A stretch of DNA of 62,612 nt, counting the filler, from Candidatus Woesearchaeota archaeon CG1_02_57_44 (lineage in GTDB: Archaea; Nanobdellota; Nanobdellia; Woesearchaeales; CG1-02-57-44): assembly GCA_001871415.1 (NCBI GenBank). It is 5 parts of 5 records of this genome, joined end to end, with 100 filler letters (N's around TTAATTAATTAA, not from the genome) between each part and the next. Parts side by side here need not be neighbours in the genome. Positions count along the whole stretch, not along the records: positions 11,772 to 23,051 come from MNWW01000039.1; positions 23,152 to 34,482 come from MNWW01000071.1; 3 more parts are not named here. One strand, given 5' to 3'. The notes under the pieces were generated by a model. The model was not told the DNA's origin and searched no databases. It worked only from the letters and a program-made list of their open reading frames with translations. Made by a program: the position numbers and the translations under genes. Of the stretch, positions 18,499-27,464 are shown in pieces. Positions within the stretch are counted from its first letter, which is position 1. Each line of letters begins with the position of its first letter.

Positions 18499-20082
18499 TC
18501 ACGTCAGCTCCATGAGCAATAATCCCGGATCCTGCATGAGCTCTACTATGGTGTTCATAAACCTTGCGGCCTGAGCGCCATCCAGCACCCGATGGTCGTA
18601 GGTGAGACTGAGCGGCACCATCTTGCGGACAACGACCGCGCCGTCCCTGACCGCGGGCCGGTCGCGTATCGAACCGATACCAAGGATAGATACCTCAGGA
18701 TAATTGGTCAACGGCGTGAAGTGCGTGCCACCGACAGAGCCGATGCTGCTGATGCTGAAGGTCGAGCCCTGCATCTCGTCGAGCCTGAGCTTGTGCGTCC
18801 TTGCCCTCCCGCTCAGGTCTTGTATAGCCGCAGCCACCTCCAGTATACTGAGCCGGTCCGCGTTGCGCACCACAGGGACGATGAGCCCCTCCTCGGTGTC
18901 AACCGCGATGCCGACGTGATATTGCTTGTGCAGGACGATGCGCTGGTTTGGCTCGTCGAGCATGGCGTTGAAGTACGGATGCTGCTGCAACGCGACAACC
19001 ACGGCCTTGACGAAGAAGGGCAGGTAGGTGAGCTTGATACCCTGCTGAGCGAGGCGCTCTTTCTCTTTCTCCCTGAGCGCCACCAAGTCCGTGACATCCG
19101 CCTCGTCCATGTGGGTGACGAGGGCGGCCGCGTGGCTTGACTCGGTCATCTTGCGCGCGATGGCGGCGCGCGTCGCTGACATGGGGATGTAGAGGTCAGC
19201 GCTGGAGGGGCTGCGGACAGGAGCTGAGATGGACCGCGCGCTCATGTCCGCAGAAGCCGTTGCCTGGACTGTAGGTTGAACAGCGCTGGCGATGCCACCT
19301 TTGGCAGCATCGCGGATGTCCGTCTTGGTGACCATGCCATGCTCGCCCGTGCCTTTCACCATGCCGATGTCCACCTTGAGCTCGCGCGCAAGGCGCCTGG
19401 TTGATGGCGACGCGAGCACCTCTGGATGCGACGCAGCCAAAGGCTGGGCAGAGGAGGGCGCACCTGACAGGGGTCGCTCACCGGGCGCAACCGCGACATG
19501 GGCAACTGCAGGACTCGCAGCTGCAACAGGCTGCCCTGCTGCATTGAGCGCGGGTGAACCTGCCTGACCCTGCAGATCAGCGAGCCGGATGTTACCAAAG
19601 ACCCCTGTGCCCTGCACCGCACCAAGGTCGATGCCCTGCTTCCTTGCGAGGATGCGCACTCTTGGCACGGCGAGGATGTCATCGGAATGTCGGCTCGCCA
19701 CGACTGGGACTTGGGCTGGTGGAGCTGAGGAGGAAGCGGCCGAGGAGGAGGAGGATGTCTGTGTCGGGACGCTCTGGGCCTGCTGGGCAGGTGGCCCTGT
19801 AGAAGTCTCTGGCGACGCGGCCGCAGCAGGCGCAGCAGGCTTTGATACTACCTCCTGCTCGATGGTCATCAGGGTCTTGCCCACCTCGACGATGTCGCCC
19901 TCCTGATGGATGAGCTTGCCGACGATGCCCGCGACAGGAGCTGGTATCTCGACCACTGCCTTGTCGGTCTCGACTTCCGCGACTTCCTGATCTGCCTTGA
20001 TGGCGTCGCCTTCCTTGACCAGCCAGCGCACCAGCTTTCCCTCGCTGATGCCTTCTCCTACGTCCGGGAAGATGAATTCCAT
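18499..20082 (-). CDS. pdhC: dihydrolipoamide acyltransferase (E2)
   Basis: Lipoyl domain ETDKA, two subunit-binding domains, DHRVLDG catalytic motif. Confidence 0.92.
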   Translation of the reverse strand: MEFIFPDVGEGISEGKLVRWLVKEGDAIKADQEVAEVETDKAVVEIPAPVAGIVGKLIHQEGDIVEVGKTLMTIEQEVVSKPAAPAAAASPETSTGPPAQQAQSVPTQTSSSSSAASSSAPPAQVPVVASRHSDDILAVPRVRILARKQGIDLGAVQGTGVFGNIRLADLQGQAGSPALNAAGQPVAAASPAVAHVAVAPGERPLSGAPSSAQPLAASHPEVLASPSTRRLARELKVDIGMVKGTGEHGMVTKTDIRDAAKGGIASAVQPTVQATASADMSARSISAPVRSPSSADLYIPMSATRAAIARKMTESSHAAALVTHMDEADVTDLVALREKEKERLAQQGIKLTYLPFFVKAVVVALQQHPYFNAMLDEPNQRIVLHKQYHVGIAVDTEEGLIVPVVRNADRLSILEVAAAIQDLSGRARTHKLRLDEMQGSTFSISSIGSVGGTHFTPLTNYPEVSILGIGSIRDRPAVRDGAVVVRKMVPLSLTYDHRVLDGAQAARFMNTIVELMQDPGLLLMELT

Positions 20083-20192
20083 GGTGTTGATAGCGTCTAT
20101 CGCCTATGCTATGACCATTCCTATGAGGTGTTATTGATCCGTGTGAGGGGGGGAGGGGGGTTCGCCTTGCAGGGGCAACAATCCCTCCTGTG

Positions 20193-21155
20193 CTAGTAGG
20201 ACATCACCTTTGCGATGGCCGCCTGCACGCGCTTGACATTGGGGAGATGATACTTCTCCAGCGCGAACTGTGGGAAGGGTATGTCAAAACTGGTCACCCG
20301 GATGACCGGCGCGTCCAGGTGCATGATGGCATCCTCCTGTATCCTCGCGGCGATATCGCCCGCCATGCTGCCTGCCCTTGTCTCCTCAGAGACCACGATG
20401 GCACGGCCGGTCTTCTTGATGCTTGTAAGCACAGTCTCCATATCCAGCGGCGCGAGCGTTCGCATATCGATGACATCCGCGTCCATGGGATTGGCCTCCA
20501 GGGTCTGCTGGACCAGACGCAGCATGGCGCCCCAGGTGACGATAGTCAGCTTGCTTCCCTCGCGCACCAGATTCGCCTTGCCCAGCGGGATCGTGTAGTA
20601 GTCCTCAGGCACCTCCTCCTTGAAGGCGCGGTAAATGCTCTTTGGCTCAAAGAACATGACCGGGTCAGGATCCTCGATGGACGCCAGCAGCAGCCCCTTG
20701 GCATCATACGGGCCCGAGGGCATGACGACCTTGAGTCCCTGACAGTGCACGTAGAACGCCTCCGGGCTTTCGCTGTGATGCTCCAGCGCCCTGATGCCGC
20801 CCGCGCATGGCGCGCGAACGATCATGGGCAAGGTCATGCAGCCATCGCTTCGCTGCCTGAAGCGCGCGAGATGCTGCTTTATCTGACCAAACGCCTGATA
20901 GGTGAAGCCAGAGAACTGTATCTCGCAGATGGGCTTCATTCCATTGAGCGCCAGCCCTACAGCGACACCGACGATGGCTGACTCGGCCAGAGGCGTATCG
21001 ATGCTCCTCCCCGGATACTTCTGATAGAGGCCCTCGGTGACCCTGAACACGCCGCCGTCCACGCCCACATCCTCGCCCATCACCAGCACGCTCTTGTCCT
21101 TTGCCATGGCCTGATCAAGGGCCTGGTTCAGTGCCGCGACCATGTGCATCTTCAT
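20193..21155 (-). CDS. pdhB: 2-oxoacid (pyruvate) dehydrogenase E1 beta
   Basis: GEDVG..GGVFR, DTPLAE, EIQF, EHHSES. Confidence 0.92.
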   Translation of the reverse strand: MKMHMVAALNQALDQAMAKDKSVLVMGEDVGVDGGVFRVTEGLYQKYPGRSIDTPLAESAIVGVAVGLALNGMKPICEIQFSGFTYQAFGQIKQHLARFRQRSDGCMTLPMIVRAPCAGGIRALEHHSESPEAFYVHCQGLKVVMPSGPYDAKGLLLASIEDPDPVMFFEPKSIYRAFKEEVPEDYYTIPLGKANLVREGSKLTIVTWGAMLRLVQQTLEANPMDADVIDMRTLAPLDMETVLTSIKKTGRAIVVSEETRAGSMAGDIAARIQEDAIMHLDAPVIRVTSFDIPFPQFALEKYHLPNVKRVQAAIAKVMSY

Positions 21156-22228
21156 TGGGCATCACCCAGCTCGGCCTTCAGCTCCTCAAGCTGGCGCTTG
21201 TGGTCAGGAATCATCTCGGCGAAGATATGGCTGAACATGTCCTCTGGCGGGGGCGGCGGGATGGCAAGGCCTTTCTCCACGGCATCATTTATCTCCTTCT
21301 CGCACTCAGAGCGCACCCACGCGCCATAATCGTCAGTCCACCATCCCTGCTTCCTGAAGAACTTCTCCAGACGCAGGACAGGGTCTTTGCTGTCCCACGC
21401 ATGGACATCGGCCTCTGTCCTGTACTTGGACGCGTCATCTGATGTCGTATGGTCAGACATACGATAGGTCAGCAGCTCAAGAAGTGTGGGCTCTCCTTTC
21501 CGGGCCCGCTCAACGGCCTCTTTTGTGGCAGCGTACACGGCCAGCACATCATTGCCATCCACCTGCAGGCCCTTGAACCCGAAGGCGATGGCCTTTTGCG
21601 CGATAGTCTCAGCGGCGGTCTGCACCTTTCTGGGCGTCGATATGGCCCATTGGTTGTCCTGACAGACAAAGATGACCGGAATGCCAAAAGCCCCGGCAAA
21701 GTTGAACGCTTCAAGCACGTCACCCTCGGATGTCGCTCCATCACCGAAATAGGTGAGCGCAACCTTGTTCTCGCCACGCATCTTGGACGCCCATGCGATG
21801 CCCACGCCATGCAACGCCTGACTTCCCACGGGGATAGCCACAGGAAGGTTCTTGGCATCACCATGGAACGCGCGCGTATCGCCGTTCCAGACCTGCACGA
21901 GCTTGACCCTGTCAGCGCCTCTCGCCAGGTAGACACCAAACTCCCTGAAAGTCGGGACCGTCCAGTCATCCTTGCTGATGGCGAACGCAGTCCCTATCTG
22001 CGCGGCTTCCTGACCCTTGATTGGCGCGTAGGTTCCTATCTTTCCCATGCGCTGGAGCTTGAAGAGCTTCTCATCGAACATGCGGGCAAGGACCATGAGA
22101 TGATAGATCTCCTTTATCCGGTCTTCAGTGAGATCAGGTCGAAGGGACTCATCGATAGTTCCCTCTTCGTCAAGTATCTGCAGATACTCGACACCAAAGG
22201 TCTTGATGACTTTCCTGATAAGGACCAC
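21152..22228 (-). CDS. pdhA: 2-oxoacid (pyruvate) dehydrogenase E1 alpha
   Basis: GQEA, GDGATSEGD...DNQWAIS TPP motif, YR..HTTSDD; substrate specificity is inferred. Confidence 0.9.
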   Translation of the reverse strand: MVLIRKVIKTFGVEYLQILDEEGTIDESLRPDLTEDRIKEIYHLMVLARMFDEKLFKLQRMGKIGTYAPIKGQEAAQIGTAFAISKDDWTVPTFREFGVYLARGADRVKLVQVWNGDTRAFHGDAKNLPVAIPVGSQALHGVGIAWASKMRGENKVALTYFGDGATSEGDVLEAFNFAGAFGIPVIFVCQDNQWAISTPRKVQTAAETIAQKAIAFGFKGLQVDGNDVLAVYAATKEAVERARKGEPTLLELLTYRMSDHTTSDDASKYRTEADVHAWDSKDPVLRLEKFFRKQGWWTDDYGAWVRSECEKEINDAVEKGLAIPPPPPEDMFSHIFAEMIPDHKRQLEELKAELGDAQ

Positions 22229-22369
22229 CTCTTTTTGTCACTTGTTCAAGACGGCAGTGTTTAAAAAGGTTTGTGTTTGGGAAATAGAGGTACACCGTCA
22301 GCACGGCCACTCGGGAGAAATGCGTCAGGATGCAAAGTACGTGCATGAACACAGCTCCGGGCTGAGCAG

Positions 22370-22747
22370 TTACAAACGCTCGACGTTCATCCAGGGCGTC
22401 AGCACCCGCTCACGTGTCAGCGCCTGCACGAGGGACAACTCGTCCATAGGCCAGCTCTCACAACAATAGCTGCGGAAGTCCTGGTAGAAGGGTCCGGGAA
22501 AGACGAGATGCTCTCCAGGGTTGAATAGACTCGCATAGCCGCCGACCACGGAATCGTCATCGAAATCATCATAGACGTCCGCGGAATGCCATTGGTCGAA
22601 CTGGACCATACGTACAGCCTGCAGCTTGCCTTGCCGATGTATATCGAAATGCACGTAGCACATGTGCTGGTCACGGATACGCATCGTATCGCCAGGATGA
22701 AAATATGATCCTATCTTCACATCTTCTATGACTGCATTCAGACCCAT
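22370..22747 (-). CDS. hypothetical protein
   Basis: 125-aa ORF from ATG 22747 downstream of a TATAAA box. Confidence 0.6.
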   Translation of the reverse strand: MGLNAVIEDVKIGSYFHPGDTMRIRDQHMCYVHFDIHRQGKLQAVRMVQFDQWHSADVYDDFDDDSVVGGYASLFNPGEHLVFPGPFYQDFRSYCCESWPMDELSLVQALTRERVLTPWMNVERL

Positions 22748-22844
22748 AGGGGCGAGGAAGCCCTTTTCCTTTATATGTGTGCGGTCTCCTAAGAAGCAGA
22801 TATCGGAAAAAATACGGTAGGAGTCATAGCGATGACGGATGATT

Positions 22845-23051
22845 CTACCCTGAAGTCCGCTTCGCAAGCAGGCTCTTGACGAACAGCTCGCCCGCCCGAT
22901 AACTGGAGCGAACGAATGGGCCAGAGGCGACATATCGGAATCCTAACGCCAGCCCTTGCTCTTTGTAGAAGTCGAAGGTCTCTGGCTTGACGTACTCGTG
23001 CACCTTCAGGAAGCGGTTGCGCGGCTTGAGGTATTGGCCGATGGTGAGAAA
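22845..23051 (-). CDS. lipA: lipoyl synthase, C-terminal fragment (5' lost in gap)
   Basis: Manual translation [10 protein letters not shown]...[13 protein letters not shown] contains the LipA TIGQYL and RSSY motifs; absent from the ORF track. Confidence 0.92.
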   Translation of the reverse strand, partial: FLTIGQYLKPRNRFLKVHEYVKPETFDFYKEQGLALGFRYVASGPFVRSSYRAGELFVKSLLAKRTSG

Positions 23052-23151
23052 NNNNNNNNNNNNNNNNNNNNNNNNNNNNNNNNNNNNNNNNNNNNTTAAT
23101 TAATTAANNNNNNNNNNNNNNNNNNNNNNNNNNNNNNNNNNNNNNNNNNNN
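23052..23151. other. artificial contig linker
   Basis: N + TTAATTAATTAA + N. Confidence 0.98.
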
Positions 23152-23162
23152 TAAGGTCGCGT

Positions 23163-23804
23163 TTGTTTTCGGGGCCCATGAAGAGTTCTGTTCCACTGGG
23201 AGAAGTCTGCGAGCTGAGCGTGCTGTGCGTCGCAGACCCGAAATTCCGGCAACGCTATCCGCGATATGAGCGAACGCTGGGCAATGTCATCGAGATCGTC
23301 AACCTTGAATTGGCAAGAGCAGGAGTCGAGCTGCACCCTACGATCGAAGCATCAGACACGGTATTCTCTCCATCCAAATCCACCACACCAGAAGAACTTG
23401 AACAGAGAGCAAAATGCGGCGGAGGAGAGTATCATAAGGTCATCGGATACACCTCCCAGTTCCTTCCCACCTGGGGCGGAATGAACTATGGTCATCCGTC
23501 GATCGTCGTCAATCCTGAAGTCGCACTCCCCTTTGATGGAGTCGCCTGCGCGTTCGTCACCCTCCACGAGCTCGGGCATAGCTTCGGTGGCGGAGACTTC
23601 GGATTCCACGATAGCTTCGGGACACGATTCAACATCATGGACAATATCTGGGGCGCGGTCTGGCCGCATTTCAATACCGCACAACGACAGACCATCTATG
23701 GATGGGCATGGGCGCAACGCGTCCTGGACTTCGCCCCCTACACTACGACACCATATGTCCCGACGGGAAAGCTCGCGCCTGAAGTGCTCCTCGCCATGAG
23801 GTGA
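23163..23804 (+). CDS. zinc metallopeptidase (metzincin-like), possibly 5' truncated
   Basis: HELGHSFGGGD (HExxHxxGxxD) and a downstream NIM Met-turn; frame open to the contig edge. Confidence 0.75.
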   Translation: MFSGPMKSSVPLGEVCELSVLCVADPKFRQRYPRYERTLGNVIEIVNLELARAGVELHPTIEASDTVFSPSKSTTPEELEQRAKCGGGEYHKVIGYTSQFLPTWGGMNYGHPSIVVNPEVALPFDGVACAFVTLHELGHSFGGGDFGFHDSFGTRFNIMDNIWGAVWPHFNTAQRQTIYGWAWAQRVLDFAPYTTTPYVPTGKLAPEVLLAMR

Positions 23805-23886
23805 ACAACCTTCTCTTCAGCCATCAATGCGCTCTCTTCATATCAGCCCCGCAACGCATAAATACGAGCCAAGGTTGCAGCATCTC

Positions 23887-24453
23887 ATGCGCCTCACTAT
23901 CACGCGCCACGGCCACACCGAAGGCAATGCCGCAGGCATCATCCAAGGACATTCGCCAGGGAAGCTGACGGATGTCGGGAAGGAGCAGGCGCGGCGGCTC
24001 GGTGAGCGGTTGGCGTCTGAGCGCTTTGACGTCATTCTCACCAGCGACCTTGCCCGCGCGCAGGACACTGCCAGGGAAGTCGCAAAGCATCATCCCGGAA
24101 CACCTGTCGTGCTCGATATGTCGCTTCGCGAGCGCGACTTCGGCGCTTGGGAAGGAGAGGGCAAGAATGGCAAGGACTGGAGCGCTGTGCCTCCTGGCGG
24201 TGAGAGCAATCCGCAGTTGTATGCGCGGGCACAAGCACTGCTCGCGAAGCTGCGCAAGGACTATGCCAGCAAGCACGTGCTGCTTGTCGGGCACAGCCGC
24301 ATCAATGTCGCCATCATGGCGGCGCTGCGCAAAGAAGGCCACGAAAGATTGCCCGCGAAAGCTGGCTATGAGAACACCAGCGTCACGATAGTCGACCTTT
24401 CCGCGGGAGCTCCGCGAGTGCTGGTCGAGAACTGCACCCTGCATCTGGAGTGA
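23887..24453 (+). CDS. histidine phosphatase (phosphoglycerate mutase-like)
   Basis: RHG motif, SDLARA..TA, LRE..FG.WEG, LLVGH. Confidence 0.9.
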   Translation: MRLTITRHGHTEGNAAGIIQGHSPGKLTDVGKEQARRLGERLASERFDVILTSDLARAQDTAREVAKHHPGTPVVLDMSLRERDFGAWEGEGKNGKDWSAVPPGGESNPQLYARAQALLAKLRKDYASKHVLLVGHSRINVAIMAALRKEGHERLPAKAGYENTSVTIVDLSAGAPRVLVENCTLHLE

Positions 24454-24479
24454 TTTTAACTATTTCTCTACGAAACCCA

Positions 24480-24487
24480 TTTATATA
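24480..24487 (+). promoter_or_regulatory. TATA box with upstream BRE-like CGAAA
   Basis: TTTATATA ends 20 nt before ATG 24508. Confidence 0.6.
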
Positions 24488-24507
24488 CCTGATACAACCA
24501 TCATTTT

Positions 24508-25257
24508 ATGGTTTCGAGGAAGGATGCGACGACAGTATCGCTAGAGGAGAAGCGAGAAAAGAGCGATAATCTCACCCTCGCGGTCTCAGGCATCACCAAA
24601 TCCTTCGGGAACAACAAGGTCTTGCGCGGCGTCAGCTTCACGGCCAAGAGCGGCGATATCATCGGCCTGGTCGGCAAGTCTGGCTGCGGCAAGAGCACGC
24701 TGCTCAAGATACTGGTAGGATGGCACCCGGCTGATACAGGAACCGTGCTGATGAATGGTGAGAATATCACCAAGGACCCTTTGCAGCTGCGGCGGGTTGT
24801 CGGTTATACGACGCAGGACAACAGCTTCTATGCCAAGCAGACAGCCCTGGAGAACATGCGCTACTACGCTGGATTGTATGGTGTGAAGGACATGGAGCGG
24901 CTTGATAAACTGCTCAAAGCCGTGGGATTGTGGGACCCCAGAAACACTTTGTCAGAACGTATCAGCGGAGGCATGAAGCGGCGGCTGGACTTCGCCATAT
25001 CGCTCGTGCATGAGCCAAAATTGCTTATCCTGGATGAACCCACCGCTGGCCTGGATCCGCTGCTCATCGAGCAGTTCTGGGGCGTGGTCAAGAAGCTCGG
25101 CAAAGACCGCATTGTCATCATGAGCAGCCACATCATCTCAGAGATAGAGCGCTATTGCGGACGCGCCCTCATCCTCAAAGACGGGGCGGTGGCGATGGAA
25201 CTTTCTGGCAAGAAACTCAAAGGACTGGAGAAAGAATTCAGGAGGGCAGTAGCATGA
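24508..25257 (+). CDS. ABC transporter ATP-binding protein
   Basis: GKSGCGKS, ISGGM, LILDEPT, H-loop. Confidence 0.95.
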   Translation: MVSRKDATTVSLEEKREKSDNLTLAVSGITKSFGNNKVLRGVSFTAKSGDIIGLVGKSGCGKSTLLKILVGWHPADTGTVLMNGENITKDPLQLRRVVGYTTQDNSFYAKQTALENMRYYAGLYGVKDMERLDKLLKAVGLWDPRNTLSERISGGMKRRLDFAISLVHEPKLLILDEPTAGLDPLLIEQFWGVVKKLGKDRIVIMSSHIISEIERYCGRALILKDGAVAMELSGKKLKGLEKEFRRAVA

Positions 25258-27119
25258 AACTGCTCAATGAATTCCGCAAGAACTTCCGCGTCATGTTCCG
25301 GAACTGGATGACCGTCTCGCTGCTCATCATCGCGCCGCTGATACTGATTCTATTGATTGGTTACGCCTTCTCCAGCGAGGATGTCACCGGCATCAAGATA
25401 GGCGTCATCACCAACGGCAGCACAGATCTGACGCAGCTGGCGCAGAACGTGAGCAGCTACGGCGAGCTGGTGCCCATGAACGACTCGGAATGCCTCGCCG
25501 CGCTCGAGCGCCAGGACGTGCACCTGTGCCTTGAGGTGAGCAACCTACCCACAGAATCGAACACCACGGATTTTCCGACAGGCAGCATCACCTATGTCTA
25601 TGATAACGTACGCAAGAGACTATCACTGTCTTTGATCGAAGGGATAAAATCCTTTTTCGGCGAGCAGGCCGATGAGGTCAGCATCGAGACCACAGAGAGC
25701 ATCCTCAACAACATCCAGAACCTGCTCGGATTCATCAATGACCGCAAGCAGGACGTGCTGACGATACGCAATGAGACGCTCAATATCAAGCAGGACCTCA
25801 TCTCGCGGAACCAGACGCTGACCGAGGTCCGGAACGATTTCCTGCCAGCGTACTTCGAGATCAAGGACCTGCAGGAGCAGACCCATAATATCTCGGGAAC
25901 GCTGGAAGAGCAGCTGAACGCGACGAGCGTCGTTGTCAGCGAGGCGCGTCAGAGCATCGCGTCGCTGAGGGAAGTATCGTTGAACTATTCCCTGCTGGCG
26001 CTGTCGAATGTGACGCTGCCGATAGTCAATATCTCTGATGCGTTCAATGCATCCAACCTGACCGATCCGATCAATTCGAGCCCCATCAACGGATCCTATA
26101 CGATGGGAAACAACAGCGAAAATAACCCTTTCACCACAAATATCACGGCGCCGACCATCGCGTCAAGTGTAACTGAAGTGCCGACGCTCGGCAGCCTGCT
26201 CGACGGACTCGGCGGTCATCTCGCCGAGCTCGATGACTTGCTCAACGATACGAACGGCAAGGTGTCGGGCACGGTCGCGCAGATGGACGATATCATCAGC
26301 AAACTCGATCTGGTCAAGCTGCTTCTCGACGAAGATCTCGCGGCGACACAGGAATATCTGATTAAGATAGACGAGAGCGTCGTGCGTATCGACGAGGTCA
26401 GCGCGCAGATGGACCAGCAGCTCGCCTCGCTCGCAGACCTGCATCCTGGCCTGGGCGAGAAGCTCATCAAACCGATAACGTCACAGTACCTGGTGCTGCT
26501 GCCAGGCGCAAAGAACATCCAGCTTGCGTTCCCACAATTGGCCGCCATGATACTCATGTTCATCGCGCTCCTGTTCGGTAACATCGCCACGCTCATGGAA
26601 GTGCATGACGCGGCGGCGGTCAGGAACTCGCTCGCGCCGGTCAAGCAGTGGTTGTTTCCGGTGGGCCTGATGCTCACGAGCATCGCCATCATCTTCCTGC
26701 AGGCCATGGTGCTCTTCGTCGTCGCGCAGACCATGCTGGGCGTGAGTGTGTTCGCGCACTTCGGAGGGATGGCGCTGTTCGCGCTGCTGCTGATAACCGT
26801 GTTCGTGCTCATCGGCATGCTGCTCGCCTATGCCCTGCCCAGCGTGCAAGCCAGCATCCTGGCCACGACGTTCATGGCGCTCGTCGTGTTCATCTTCGGC
26901 AATGTCATGGCACCGGTCGAGAGCATGCCGCACCTCGCGCAACTGGCGACCAACGCGAATCCGCTGGTCATCGGCCAGTACAGCTTCGGACAGGTGCTGC
27001 TCTACGGCGCCAATGCCATCGGGGCAGGCGGCCTCGGCGCGCAGGCATGGACGCTCGTCGGGTATGCCATCGCGCTGCTGATAGCGGTGCTGGTGGTCGG
27101 GAAGCGACGGAGACATTGA
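25254..27119 (+). CDS. ABC-2/YhgE-Pip-like permease with long extracytoplasmic helical domain
   Basis: One N-terminal TM, ~380-aa helical region rich in N-x-S/T sequons, five C-terminal TMs; ATGA overlap with the ATPase. Confidence 0.85.
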   Translation: MKLLNEFRKNFRVMFRNWMTVSLLIIAPLILILLIGYAFSSEDVTGIKIGVITNGSTDLTQLAQNVSSYGELVPMNDSECLAALERQDVHLCLEVSNLPTESNTTDFPTGSITYVYDNVRKRLSLSLIEGIKSFFGEQADEVSIETTESILNNIQNLLGFINDRKQDVLTIRNETLNIKQDLISRNQTLTEVRNDFLPAYFEIKDLQEQTHNISGTLEEQLNATSVVVSEARQSIASLREVSLNYSLLALSNVTLPIVNISDAFNASNLTDPINSSPINGSYTMGNNSENNPFTTNITAPTIASSVTEVPTLGSLLDGLGGHLAELDDLLNDTNGKVSGTVAQMDDIISKLDLVKLLLDEDLAATQEYLIKIDESVVRIDEVSAQMDQQLASLADLHPGLGEKLIKPITSQYLVLLPGAKNIQLAFPQLAAMILMFIALLFGNIATLMEVHDAAAVRNSLAPVKQWLFPVGLMLTSIAIIFLQAMVLFVVAQTMLGVSVFAHFGGMALFALLLITVFVLIGMLLAYALPSVQASILATTFMALVVFIFGNVMAPVESMPHLAQLATNANPLVIGQYSFGQVLLYGANAIGAGGLGAQAWTLVGYAIALLIAVLVVGKRRRH

Positions 27120-27464
27120 GTTTCATCCAACACAAAACAATCCATCTGCAATCATATACACATAGTCTAGGTATCCGCCCTCTCCCGCTGCGCCTCGAAG
27201 AAGTCCTTCTGGCTCTGCACCAGCTGCCTACAGGTGATGAGCACGCCCTTAGGCTGCGGTCCCCACGAGAACAGCGCGCGCTCACGAATGCCATCCTGCG
27301 CGAGCTCCCAAAAGAGGAGATGTTCGACTGGGCGCCGTATTCGTGAACAGTAAAAGCGAATATGAATGGATTGCGCCGCATGGTGCGGGGAAGAGAAAGA
27401 AACAGGTCAGAAAAGGGACATCAGGGAGAGAAAGATAAGAGAAAAAGGAAAGAATATTGGGCGC

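Noticed and set aside
20146..20188. G-runs and weak hairpin between pdhB and pdhC
   Set aside because: Single occurrence with no supporting pattern
27167..27381. Possible frameshifted small minus-strand gene (MRRNPFIF... joined to WELAQDGIRERALFSWGP...)
   Set aside because: Requires an unsupported frameshift and has no recognisable homology
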